Source: Sulfolobus acidocaldarius DSM 639 (GTDB taxonomy: Archaea > Thermoproteota > Thermoprotei_A > Sulfolobales > Sulfolobaceae). From it: a DNA stretch of 32,000 bases. Below, piece after piece: positions 1 to 8,265 of this stretch (position 1 is the stretch's first letter; the number at the start of each line of letters is the position of its first letter). Both the position numbers and the translations under genes were made by a program. The stretch lies in NCBI RefSeq assembly GCF_000012285.1, contig NC_007181.1, positions 1,230,001 through 1,262,000 of the forward strand, written 5' to 3'. The notes beneath the pieces are model-generated. The model saw nothing but the letters and a program-made list of their open reading frames with translations. It was not told where the DNA came from and searched no databases.

Positions 1-1354
1 CTATCATTTGATTATTTTCCTTTAGTCTACCTTCTCTAACACCCTTAATTAATACGGGATCTGAGAAATCAGAGAAGAAGAAAAAAGGATTCGTCTCATA
101 ATATTCCTCGCCCATAAATATTAGCGGTATATACGGTGAGAGTATATATAGTGTGGCTGCCATAAGGTATGTCGTTTTATCGGTTAATATGGAAAGTCTT
201 TCCCCATTTCCTCTATTTCCTACTTGATCGTGATTTTGTATGAAGACTACAAATTTACGTGGTGGAAGATCACCTACAGGAGCACCATGAGTTCTTCCTC
301 TGTATCTAGAATACTTTCCATCATAAACAAAAACATCTTTAAAAGTTTTCTCTATATCTTCTATCCTTCCAAAATCCTGGTAATAATAATCTTTTTCTTT
401 TGTTATGAATGCATGAACTGCGTGGTGGAAATCGTCAACCCATTGAGCATCTATTTTATATCCACAATCATCTTTTACTATTTTTGGATCATTTAAATCA
501 CTTTCAGCAATAACAAATTTTCCTAATTGATGGGCTTTTTCAGCTATCTCTTGGAGGATATGCTTAGGCGAATTATCAAAAATTGCATGAACTGCATCCA
601 GTCTCAGACCATCGATTTTAAAGGTCTTAAACCAATACTCGACATTTTCTAAAATGAATTTTCTAACTTGATCACATCCCCTATCATCAAAATTAAATGT
701 TAATCCCCATGGAGTTTTATATCTGTCTGAAAAATAAGGACCTAATCCTAAAAGGTAATTTCCCTCAGGACCTATATGATTATATACAACATCCAAAATT
801 ACGGCTATTCCCCTTTTATGTGCCTCGTTTACTAGCTTAGCCAATTCCCATGGTCCGCCATAAGTATTTTGAACTGCGTATAGAAAAACACCATCGTATC
901 CCCAATCTCTATTCCCTGGAAATTGTGCCACAGGCATCAGTTCAATTCCTGTGATTCCTAGATCCTTGAGGTAATCTAACTTTTCTATTACTCCTTTGAA
1001 ATTTCCTTCTTGGGAAAAAGTACCAACGTGGAGTTCATATATTATTAGATCTTCTATTTTTACTTTTCCAAGGTCAAGAATCTGATAATCTGTTCTTATA
1101 AGTTGTGATTTGTCATGAACTCCTAAAGGTTGATATCGTGATGCGGGATCAGGTATCTCTCTCTTATCTTCTATAATATAAGAATAGGTTAAATTTTCCT
1201 CGATATCGTCTATTTCTACTTCGAAAAATCCCTCATCGTTTTTTTCCATTGGAATAAGTTTTTTGCTTAACTTCAGCTTAACACTATTAACATAAGGTGC
1301 CCATAACTTAAAGATACCTTTATTTTTTTCAATATTTCCACCGAACGAAAACAT
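1..1354 (-). CDS. treZ: malto-oligosyltrehalose trehalohydrolase (GH13), 5' part; C-terminus lies beyond the window start
   Basis: Absent from the ORF track because it runs off the window. The minus-strand frame is open from ATG (cat 1352-1354) to position 1. Translation [27 protein letters not shown]... carries GH13 motifs [18 protein letters not shown] and FIQNHD, and matches my recollection of Sulfolobus TreZ. Confidence 0.85.
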   Translation of the reverse strand, partial: MFSFGGNIEKNKGIFKLWAPYVNSVKLKLSKKLIPMEKNDEGFFEVEIDDIEENLTYSYIIEDKREIPDPASRYQPLGVHDKSQLIRTDYQILDLGKVKIEDLIIYELHVGTFSQEGNFKGVIEKLDYLKDLGITGIELMPVAQFPGNRDWGYDGVFLYAVQNTYGGPWELAKLVNEAHKRGIAVILDVVYNHIGPEGNYLLGLGPYFSDRYKTPWGLTFNFDDRGCDQVRKFILENVEYWFKTFKIDGLRLDAVHAIFDNSPKHILQEIAEKAHQLGKFVIAESDLNDPKIVKDDCGYKIDAQWVDDFHHAVHAFITKEKDYYYQDFGRIEDIEKTFKDVFVYDGKYSRYRGRTHGAPVGDLPPRKFVVFIQNHDQVGNRGNGERLSILTDKTTYLMAATLYILSPYIPLIFMGEEYYETNPFFFFSDFSDPVLIKGVREGRLKENNQMI

Positions 1355-1559
1355 GCTGTTTAAATAGAAATTATGTCTTAATATATTTAAATGTTTTCGA
1401 GTGAAAATACTTATCAGAACTGATTAAATTCTTATTATTGTTGAGTTATTAGAGTATTTAGTATATAAGTTAAAACCATCATTTGTTCTATGAGTGGGAC
1501 TTATCTAATAGAAATACAAAATAATAAAATCATATGGTAATATAAGAATAAGGTAAGTC

Positions 1560-1708
1560 TATGGATGATATTATGTTTACTTTATCAAGAAGAGTCAAGG
1601 TGGTAAGACGAAGGAGACTTACGTTGGTGCTTTAGTTGACCTAGTAAAGACTTACCTGAAATTGTAAGATAGAAGTGGGGTATTAGGGTGTATCCCCCTA
1701 ACCTTTCA
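1560..1708 (+). pseudogene. decayed Int(N)-like fragment of an SSV-type integrase, lying outside the left att copy
   Basis: 1569-1664 reads YYVYFIKKSQGGKTKETYVGALVDLVKTYLKL, then TAA (1665-1667), then a 1-nt deletion relative to the right-hand Int(N). It is ~70% nucleotide-similar by eye to 10263-10393 and resembles the SSV1 integrase N-terminus (RYYVYK...YVGPLADVVESYLKMK) as I recall it. Confidence 0.7.
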
Positions 1709-2518
1709 AAGGTAGCCGGGCAGGGACTCGAACCCTGGTCCCAGGGGCCAAAGCCCTGGTTAGGGGAGGAATCCCCTAAAACCCCTCTTTCAAATGATGA
1801 AGAGAGTAAGGGATTTGCCCTAAACTCCCTTACTTCTAGGGAGGGCAAAAATGGTCTCACGGAAAAGGAATTAATTGAATTTTATGAATATTGTTTGAAA
1901 ATGGCCAGTGAGGAAACTTGCAGGCAGTATATCAATTATCTGAAGAAGCCCCCTAGTAATGCTAAGAACTCTATCCTAGCCTGGAAGAAGTTCTACAAGT
2001 GGAAAGGGGATCTTGAGGCATGGAAAAAGCTGAAAACGAAAAAGTCTGGTGTTGATCTTAAGGTTCCAGGAGCTGACGAGATAGGGAGGTGGTTGGAGGC
2101 TGTTAGAGGTATTGAGGTAGAGCTAGTCTTCAAGCTCCTCCTTGAGAGCGGTATAAGGCTTAGGGAGGCTGTAAAGGTTCTCAATGAGTATGACGAGAAG
2201 AACAACGTGAAAGAGGACGGCTTCTACGTATACACGCTCAACTGGACTAGAGGGCCAAAGAAAGTGTTCTATGTCTTTCACATTTCGTCTATAGCTAAGA
2301 CTGATATAACGTACAACTACGCGAAGAATTTATTGCATGAGAAAGGGATAGCGCCGAAATATGTACGCAAATTCGTGACTACTAAACTCGCGGAGCTCGG
2401 AGTTAGTGCCGAGGTAATCGATTTCATGCAGGGCAGGACGCCTTCTTCGATTCTTGGCAAGCATTATCTCAACTTATTAGCCCTCGCCAAGAAAGACTAC
2501 AGACGCTACGCCGAGTGA
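1688..2518 (+). CDS. SSV-type tyrosine integrase, C-terminal catalytic part (Int(C))
   Basis: The ORF-track protein starts inside the att repeat (VAGQGLEPWSQGPKPW is translated tRNA sequence). It contains ESGIRLREAV, YVFHIS, KYVRKFVTTKLAELGV, DFMQGR and LGKHY, collinear with the SSV1 integrase catalytic region (GVRLSE ... RKFVASKMAEL ... FIQGR ... QHY). Confidence 0.85.
   Translation: MYPPNLSKVAGQGLEPWSQGPKPWLGEESPKTPLSNDEESKGFALNSLTSREGKNGLTEKELIEFYEYCLKMASEETCRQYINYLKKPPSNAKNSILAWKKFYKWKGDLEAWKKLKTKKSGVDLKVPGADEIGRWLEAVRGIEVELVFKLLLESGIRLREAVKVLNEYDEKNNVKEDGFYVYTLNWTRGPKKVFYVFHISSIAKTDITYNYAKNLLHEKGIAPKYVRKFVTTKLAELGVSAEVIDFMQGRTPSSILGKHYLNLLALAKKDYRRYAE
1709..1759. repeat. attL: 51-bp direct repeat, a partial 3' copy of tRNA-Gln
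   Basis: aaggtagccgggcagggactcgaaccctggtcccaggggccaaagccctgg is identical to 10394-10444. Flanking bases differ on both sides. Confidence 0.95.
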
Positions 2519-2578
2519 CTCAAAACGAATTTTTCTCAGTAAACTGGGAAGTTAATTCAAAGCTAAGTTGTTTTTAAA

Positions 2579-3118
2579 GTGTTGAATTTTGAGATGAAGT
2601 TATTCAAGGTTGCGTTAAAGGACCTCAATTATAGCAAGCTTGAGCAAACGCAAGTCTTCGGCAACGTCTTCGAGTTCGTCTTTCTGGAGAGAGAAAAAGA
2701 GGTTGACTTCTTTGTAAGGACATCTGCCCAGGAGGAAATTTTGAGGAAGTACCTCATGATAAAGGAGGACAATCTAAGTTTCAACCAAGGTTTCGTAGGG
2801 GTTCTGAGCCTGAAGAAAGAGAGCGACTTCTACGAGAACATTGAGTACAGCAATCTATTGAACATCATCACGTACTGGCAGAAGGATGAACAGATCAGGT
2901 TCTGGGTTGTGTTAGAGCCCAGGCTTAATGACCTCTTTCTCAGGAAGGCTGAGGTACTAAAGAAGGAGGCCCAACGGGCCATGTTTGGCAAGAGGAAGAA
3001 AGAAGTACAAGCGTCACTGCTCGGGAGCCTTGCGAAGAAGAACATCTACTTACTACATATCATGTTTTATACTAAGGATAAACAGAGGCTCAAGCTACTT
3101 TTCGAGTACGCCAAGTAG
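2579..3118 (+). CDS. hypothetical protein (element cargo)
   Basis: 179-aa ORF with GTG/TTG-type start, coding-like composition and no recognisable motif. Confidence 0.5.
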   Translation: MLNFEMKLFKVALKDLNYSKLEQTQVFGNVFEFVFLEREKEVDFFVRTSAQEEILRKYLMIKEDNLSFNQGFVGVLSLKKESDFYENIEYSNLLNIITYWQKDEQIRFWVVLEPRLNDLFLRKAEVLKKEAQRAMFGKRKKEVQASLLGSLAKKNIYLLHIMFYTKDKQRLKLLFEYAK

Positions 3119-3265
3119 TACATACATACTCGCTCTAGAAAGCTAGCCTATATTTAACTTTAGATGGACTTGCCTGCACCTATTGCGTAATCAAGACTGG
3201 TAAGTGTGTAACAAATGCAGAAAATGTTATTAATTGCTGCCAGTAATATTAAAGAATGAGATAAA

Positions 3266-3892
3266 ATGGAAAGTAGAAGATTTTTCCTATCCATGATATC
3301 TTATTTAGTTGGGCTACTGTTACTTTACCTGTCACTCTTCCTGTCTACCCAAATACCCTATCATGGAAATCTCGTGTTAGAGTTACCAATAATAATACCA
3401 ATGGTTTTTTCTATAATTGCTATAGGCGTATCCGTTCATTTATTTTTAGGTAGTAGTTATCCGTATTTCTTTAGAACAGGGGTAATGAGTCTAGTAGCAG
3501 GGATAACACTTTTTGTTTTCGGCTTTATATCATACTCATTCAATGCAGGATCCATAGTCTGGGCGGGTTCGCTAGTTCTTGGTGTCATTTTTATTGCTGG
3601 CGCTATCTTCCGCTTGCTTGTCCAAGGTGGTTTAAGCGCTTATAGAAGGTTTAGGAGAGGTGAGACTTCAACTGTAGAAGAAACTAGTATACCTTCAACG
3701 AGATTAAGAAACAGGAAGATCTTTCTCATAACCTTTGGGGCTATTCTCTTAATCTTTAGTATTCAAGGGGTCATATCTAATATTACAGGGTCTAGGCCTT
3801 TAGCATCCTTTGGCGATATAATCTCTTTCGCTTTTATCGCAGGAGGCATATACTTCGTTGTAGAGTATGTAAGGATTAGAGACCAGTCCTAA
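3266..3892 (+). CDS. integral membrane protein, about 6 predicted TM segments
   Basis: 208-aa ORF with repeated hydrophobic stretches (LVGLLLLYLSLFL, IIIPMVFSIIAIGVSVHLFL, LVAGITLFVFGFI, LVLGVIFIAGAIF, IFLITFGAILLIF, FAFIAGGIYFVV). Confidence 0.65.
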   Translation: MESRRFFLSMISYLVGLLLLYLSLFLSTQIPYHGNLVLELPIIIPMVFSIIAIGVSVHLFLGSSYPYFFRTGVMSLVAGITLFVFGFISYSFNAGSIVWAGSLVLGVIFIAGAIFRLLVQGGLSAYRRFRRGETSTVEETSIPSTRLRNRKIFLITFGAILLIFSIQGVISNITGSRPLASFGDIISFAFIAGGIYFVVEYVRIRDQS

Positions 3893-4037
3893 ATCTCTCT
3901 AGGTTTTACATTAAAAGAGTTCTTAGCCACCAAACCTGTTGAATAATCCCTTCACTTATTTATTACGTTAAGGGAGAAGTCTTACTCTTTTCTGAATAGA
4001 GATAAAAGTCTGCACAGTCTTTTTATCGTGCAGAACA

Positions 4038-4835
4038 TGTGTTGACGACAATTTCATCTATCTCCATGAAATTCAATTTTATTCTTGCTTATACTTACAG
4101 ATTTCGAGTAAATTGCGTTTCAGACCAGGAAGAAGATTTTCAACCTCCTCATCACCGTGCTCCTGGTCGAGTTCCAGGGGAAGTGGAAATCCACGCCTGC
4201 TAGCCTATGTAAAGCTTCTGGACACCGGTTCTACTATCGTCCTCTTTCCTAAAGTTTCAATCCCGTGTTTCGCGTTGAACCAGTTGAAATCCTTGTAGAC
4301 TGACGCCTTGTCGTGTAAAAAGGTGAACCCTATCCCTCCAGTCCTCCAGTTTAATACCGTTTAGTATTACGTAAACGTGGAGACCACTCCTTAGGCTAGT
4401 TAACATGAAGAACACGACCGGCCCAGTCTCGTAGTGCCTAAATACCCACAGGTAGCAATACTCGCCCCTAACCCTCAACACCTTGGTCTCGTCAACGAGG
4501 AAAGGGCCCCCATCCTCAACGTCTAGCTTAAGCTCGTAATCAACGCTAGCTAGCTTATGAAGGTAGAAGAGCAAGGTTATGTGAGGTAATAAAGTCCTCC
4601 AACTTGATAACCCTAGCAAGTAGGAGGTCAAGGCTAGTGCAATCTCATCCAAGGTGTGGAACCTAGGCTTAACACTTATATACCTTAAAAGGGCAGAGAT
4701 TACTTGGGTGAGGACGAGGGAATCGAACCTGTTCGTCATCTCACCTCATGAAATAAACTCGTCCTGACCCTAAAAGCACTTTTCCAGATATAGAAAATCA
4801 ATTTATATCAAAACAACCAAATTGTTGTCCACACA
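4038..4835 (-). mobile_element. decayed IS element (~798 bp) with an IS6/IS240-like DDE transposase
   Basis: Terminal inverted repeats tgtgttgacgacaattt (4038-4054) and aaattgttgtccacaca (4819-4835) match 15/17 as reverse complements. They enclose a minus-strand transposase-like reading frame broken into three frames. Confidence 0.55.
4079..4739 (-). pseudogene. DDE transposase pseudogene (IS6-like), frameshifted and stop-interrupted
   Basis: ORF 4257-4739 contains FLVDETKVLRVRGEYCYLWVF (the DET..G...YLW motif). Downstream, in other frames, it continues DKASVYKDFNWFNAKHGIETLGKRTIVEPVSRSFT* and then ASRRGFPLPLE..., the expected C-terminal part. Confidence 0.5.
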
Positions 4836-6089
4836 CAGACCGTGTCCGGGACTGCTTATCTATATGCAAACTCGCAACTTCTCAATTCTCAATCTTTCGC
4901 TTATACTTTCTATCCAAGGGGAGGTAGCTATACTAACCTGCTCTCAGGGTCTGTAGTAGTACCATAGAGCGTAACATACCTCGTCTCAGGTCAATATACC
5001 ATATCTACGTATGCTGAAACGAGCTCTTCACATTCGAGACAGGGAAACTATACAATCGTCGTGACAGACCATTACCCCTCGTCACCATACATAACTACTC
5101 AAGGCAACGTGTACAACTGGTATGAATATGATGTATATCCAGCAGTTATCGTAATCGTGAACAATGGCACTAATCCAGTGACGTTATTTGCGAATAAACT
5201 GTACACGTCAAGGCAAATCACAACTACGATATCGTTCATGGACATCTGGAGCTCAAAGTCGTATCAAAACGCGACTAGTATTATCACGTATGATACATTG
5301 AATGTAGGAAACTACTCAGTAAGTAGAATATGGCACGCTGGGAATATAGTTCTTACAGCTCAGCAATATCTGCAACAATCAGGGAATACGTACAACTACT
5401 ACTTAAGTTTCAACTTGATAAAGGATGTAACGGAGCCACCGACATGGATATATCAAAAAATGCCGTACAACCCTTACGCTACGCAGGGCTGGTACTATCT
5501 TGAGCAGAACGCGACCTTGGCAAATGCTTTGATGCGGTATGTCAATCAAACGATGAACAGCACTGACGTACAGTACAAGTACTTCGAGTACTTCACACTA
5601 GCGAGCGAGTTCGCCAGCTATACTTTCAATACGACGTATAGCAAGTTTGCAAATACAATCGAGCTCGAGAGCTTCTACGACCCGTGGGTCTTAATGAACG
5701 TGCAAATACTCGACATAAGTAAACTACCAAACGCGATACAGTACTTCCCAGGCCAGCTTATGTTCTTCAATGTGTCTAGGATCCCAGCGGTATATAACGC
5801 GACTAACCTCGTGAACATCTCTGGAAACTACGAGATCTATTGGGTGGACCTGTACAATTCGTGGAACGGCCCGCCCTTCGGGAACGAGTACCAGTGGATT
5901 AACTTGGCGACGGGACAGAAGTATAACTTATACTTGTTTAACGAGACTGGGATACCGTACCCTGGCGAGATGCTTACTTTCTATAACGCTGACTTTATGC
6001 CGAGCATATACTATGCGATATTTATTTACCCTGAAGGGACAGTAGTAAAAATTGAAGCGGTTTGGAACGGGACAGCTTGGATAAGTTAG
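4836..6089 (+). pseudogene. truncated and frameshifted gene for an Asn/Tyr/Thr-rich, heavily N-glycosylatable extracellular-type protein
   Basis: ORF 5061-6089 (GTG start, no signal peptide) has 12 N-x-S/T sequons. The same kind of sequence continues upstream in-frame to 4968, and in another frame across 4836-4964 (QTVSGTAYLYANSQLLNSQSFAYTFYPRGGSYTNLLSGSVVVP*). It has no start codon and abuts the IS end. Confidence 0.55.
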
Positions 6090-6248
6090 TATATTTTTTC
6101 TTATTAATTCCCCAGATCCCAGCTTTTTAAAACATATATACCGATGAGAAAACTTTACAAATATTATTACAATCATGATATTAAAGATAATAAAGTAAAA
6201 AACGCAAGGTTTTCAAGCTCCCTATAACGACAAAGAAACGGGAATGAA

Positions 6249-6309
6249 GGCGGGTGATGAGAGGTCCACAGGCGACCGATGAGCGAGAGTCGGAGTGTTG
6301 AGCCCGCCC
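6249..6309 (+). ncRNA. candidate small structured RNA (C/D-box-like k-turn layout), GC-rich island
   Basis: ggcggg (6249-6254) pairs with cccgcc (6303-6308). Just inside are GUGAUGA (6254-6260) and UUGA (6298-6301), plus an internal CGAUGA (6277-6282). The ~60 nt are clearly GC-richer than the AT-rich surroundings. Guide spacings are 12 and 15 nt and the D' box is poor, so confidence is low. Confidence 0.3.
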
Positions 6310-6348
6310 GATATTATAGTTATCTTCTACAGTTAAAACTTTTACGAA

Positions 6349-6489
6349 TTATTTCCCACAAGGAGGTCTATGGTCGGGATTGAGCTCATAATAAGCCTCA
6401 ATAAGCATTTTCCTAAACTCCTCTAGGTCTTCGTCAGTCTCTAACTCTAGGTACCCATAACCTTTCTTATCCTTCTCAACTATTCTCAT
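6349..6489 (-). CDS. unannotated small ORF (46 aa), acidic, hypothetical
   Basis: ATG at 6489-6487 reads MRIVEKDKKGYGYLELETDEDLEEFRKMLIEAYYELNPDHRPPCGK*. A TTTTTATT box lies ~22-29 nt upstream on the minus strand (plus 6511-6520), consistent with a leaderless transcript. It is below the ORF-track size cutoff. Confidence 0.3.
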   Translation of the reverse strand: MRIVEKDKKGYGYLELETDEDLEEFRKMLIEAYYELNPDHRPPCGK

Positions 6490-6604
6490 ATGTATAATGT
6501 TGGTGAAATAGAATAAAAAGGGTTTTTTGAGTAACGAGATGATTATTTTGAATAAGTTTCAAAATTCCTAATGCGCAATTTTCAATTTTTTGTATTAGTG
6601 GAAA

Positions 6605-6713
6605 TAAGTAGGTTTAAGTAGGAACGATTCTGGGAAAAAATAGGACTTTTTGGGAACATTTGTGGGAAAAATTCCCAAAAATTCCCCACTTATTGGGGAA
6701 ATGGTGGGAACAT
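6605..6713. repeat. iteron-like array: 2x TAAGTAGG, seven TGGGAA/TTCCCA-type motifs, two palindromes
   Basis: TAAGTAGG occurs at 6605-6612 and 6615-6622. TGGGAA occurs at 6631, 6651, 6663 and 6705. There is a perfect palindrome TGGGAAAAATTCCCA (6663-6677) and a palindrome TTCCCCA-cttat-TGGGGAA (6682-6700). TGGGAACAT is repeated at 6651-6659 and 6705-6713. Confidence 0.8.
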
Positions 6714-6720
6714 AAAAGAT

Positions 6721-8265
6721 CTAGAAAAGAAGTAGAAAGATACTTACGGGAATATATACTACATTATTCTCTTTATCCAGCTTGTCCTTTGTCAGCACTA
6801 TAACTGTGTCGTTGATACTGTATTTCCCAGTCTTAGGATTACTACTATACTTTGACTCTATGTAGAACTTATACTTCGAATTGTTCTTAGTTATACACAG
6901 AATAAAATCAATCTCGCCCTGATCATCCTTTCTATACATGAGTACTTTGTCATATTCCACATGGGTGACATGTTCAAACAGATATTGAGATTGGAGCAAG
7001 TGGGAGGCTACTACGCTTTCTACCAACAACCCTTTAAATGTGTTGTCTTTAAGCATTTTTCGTGACTCTTCAAAGGGGTCATCAGAGTTATGGAAATAAC
7101 TTCTAATCGAGTGGTATAGGAAGGGGTCAAGCACATAGTTTTTAACCATGTCCTCATAGTTTGGCTTACACTCCTCACTTTCTCTATATCCAAAAAAGAA
7201 GGAGTATGTAGTTATTAGGTAGTTAAAATAGTCCTTCCAGTTAATCTTCCTCTTGGGTTTCCCGCTCTCGTCCTCACCTATGACCTCTAAATTAATGGGA
7301 TTCATTAGGTTAGAAACTGTCATTGGACCAGTTAAATATTCTAGTAACCTCTCTAAGTTAGTAGGGTCTAGCCCAGCGACTTTAGAGTCCTTTATTAATA
7401 AATCTGCAATATTGTTGTAAAAGTTCTTCGATATTCTTCCCTCCTTAAGGTATTCGTCAATAGCCTTAGGATAACCTCCGTGCAATAAATAGTTTTCAAA
7501 AGATTCTCGAAGAAACACAAAGTAAGAGTCATAGAATTTTCTTAAAATATCGTCAATGGATCCACTGCGTAGAGAATTAAGGATTCCGAATCTATAGCCA
7601 GGTCTTCTAAACTTTTTGTTAGCAATAAATTCATTAATATCTTTACGTATTGCCTTAACTACTTCTGAGAAACGTAAAGGTCTCATTACTAGGTTACCGC
7701 CTAAGTTTATCATCTTAGCCATCTCACCTTGTCTATCGCTGAGCTTACTTGCTGCTTCAGCTAAGTCCATCGAATGACTCCCAGTTGCAATAATTCTCAC
7801 CTTATAGTTTTTTATTAAACCCTCGTCATAGGCGTTCTTCAACGCTTGAGCCCAACCTCTATACATTGAAACTTCATCTAGAAAAACGTATTTCTCTTCA
7901 TTATTACTCTCTGCTATTGCCTCCAATAAGTTGATTAGGCTAATGTTGTCAACTTTAAACTGCTCGTAATCTAGTGGAATGTAAAAGATATTTGATGGAT
8001 TTATTTGTCTCTCTTTAATGAGGTGACGTATTATAAGTTTAATGAGAGTCGTCTTACCAACTCTGCGGGGTCCTCTTACAGTTACAATGCCATAAGAGCC
8101 TGAGACAAAATTATTAGTTAGATGAAAAAATAGCCTTGGTCGTTCTTTTAGTTCTGAGTTATCGAACTCCCCTAGTTCATTATCTACCTTATCCCAGTCC
8201 TTATTTTCCCACCATCTATTAAAGTTCTTTAAGAGCTCACGTAGATTGTTGGTACTTAGTTTCAT
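6721..8265 (-). CDS. AAA-type ATPase (COG1373 / AAA_14 + DUF4143-like) with a C-terminal PD-(D/E)xK nuclease-like motif
   Basis: 514 aa. Walker A is GPRRVGKTT (nt 8050-8073) and Walker B is YVFLDEV. The C-terminus GEIDFILCITKNNSKYKFYIESK gives a D...ExK arrangement (about D453, E470, K472). The start overlaps the upstream AbrB gene by 29 nt. Confidence 0.8.
   Translation of the reverse strand: MKLSTNNLRELLKNFNRWWENKDWDKVDNELGEFDNSELKERPRLFFHLTNNFVSGSYGIVTVRGPRRVGKTTLIKLIIRHLIKERQINPSNIFYIPLDYEQFKVDNISLINLLEAIAESNNEEKYVFLDEVSMYRGWAQALKNAYDEGLIKNYKVRIIATGSHSMDLAEAASKLSDRQGEMAKMINLGGNLVMRPLRFSEVVKAIRKDINEFIANKKFRRPGYRFGILNSLRSGSIDDILRKFYDSYFVFLRESFENYLLHGGYPKAIDEYLKEGRISKNFYNNIADLLIKDSKVAGLDPTNLERLLEYLTGPMTVSNLMNPINLEVIGEDESGKPKRKINWKDYFNYLITTYSFFFGYRESEECKPNYEDMVKNYVLDPFLYHSIRSYFHNSDDPFEESRKMLKDNTFKGLLVESVVASHLLQSQYLFEHVTHVEYDKVLMYRKDDQGEIDFILCITKNNSKYKFYIESKYSSNPKTGKYSINDTVIVLTKDKLDKENNVVYIPVSIFLLLF

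Noticed and set aside
224-496. 90-aa plus-strand ORF at the window start
   Set aside because: It is antisense to treZ, whose GH13 motifs are unambiguous on the minus strand.
1585-1860. 91-aa minus-strand ORF crossing the left att repeat, together with 1993-2205 and 2830-3045
   Set aside because: It is antisense to the Int(N) remnant, att and Int(C). Part of it is simply translated tRNA sequence.
4113-4298. 61-aa plus-strand ORF inside the IS
   Set aside because: It is antisense to the frameshifted C-terminal part of the transposase, which explains the region better.
4030-4843. Possible 8-bp target-site duplication flanking the IS (gcagaaca versus cagaccgt)
   Set aside because: Only about 5 of 7-8 positions match with a shifted register, which is indistinguishable from chance.
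5928-6176. 82-aa minus-strand ORF
   Set aside because: It mostly overlaps the 3' end of the glycoprotein-like ORF on the other strand, and has no motif or plausible promoter.
6249-6309. GC-rich island considered as a tRNA fragment or extra att site
   Set aside because: Neither strand has a T-arm (GTTCGAATC-like), a D-arm or anticodon-arm signatures, and there is no similarity to the 51-bp att repeat. It is kept only as a low-confidence sRNA candidate.
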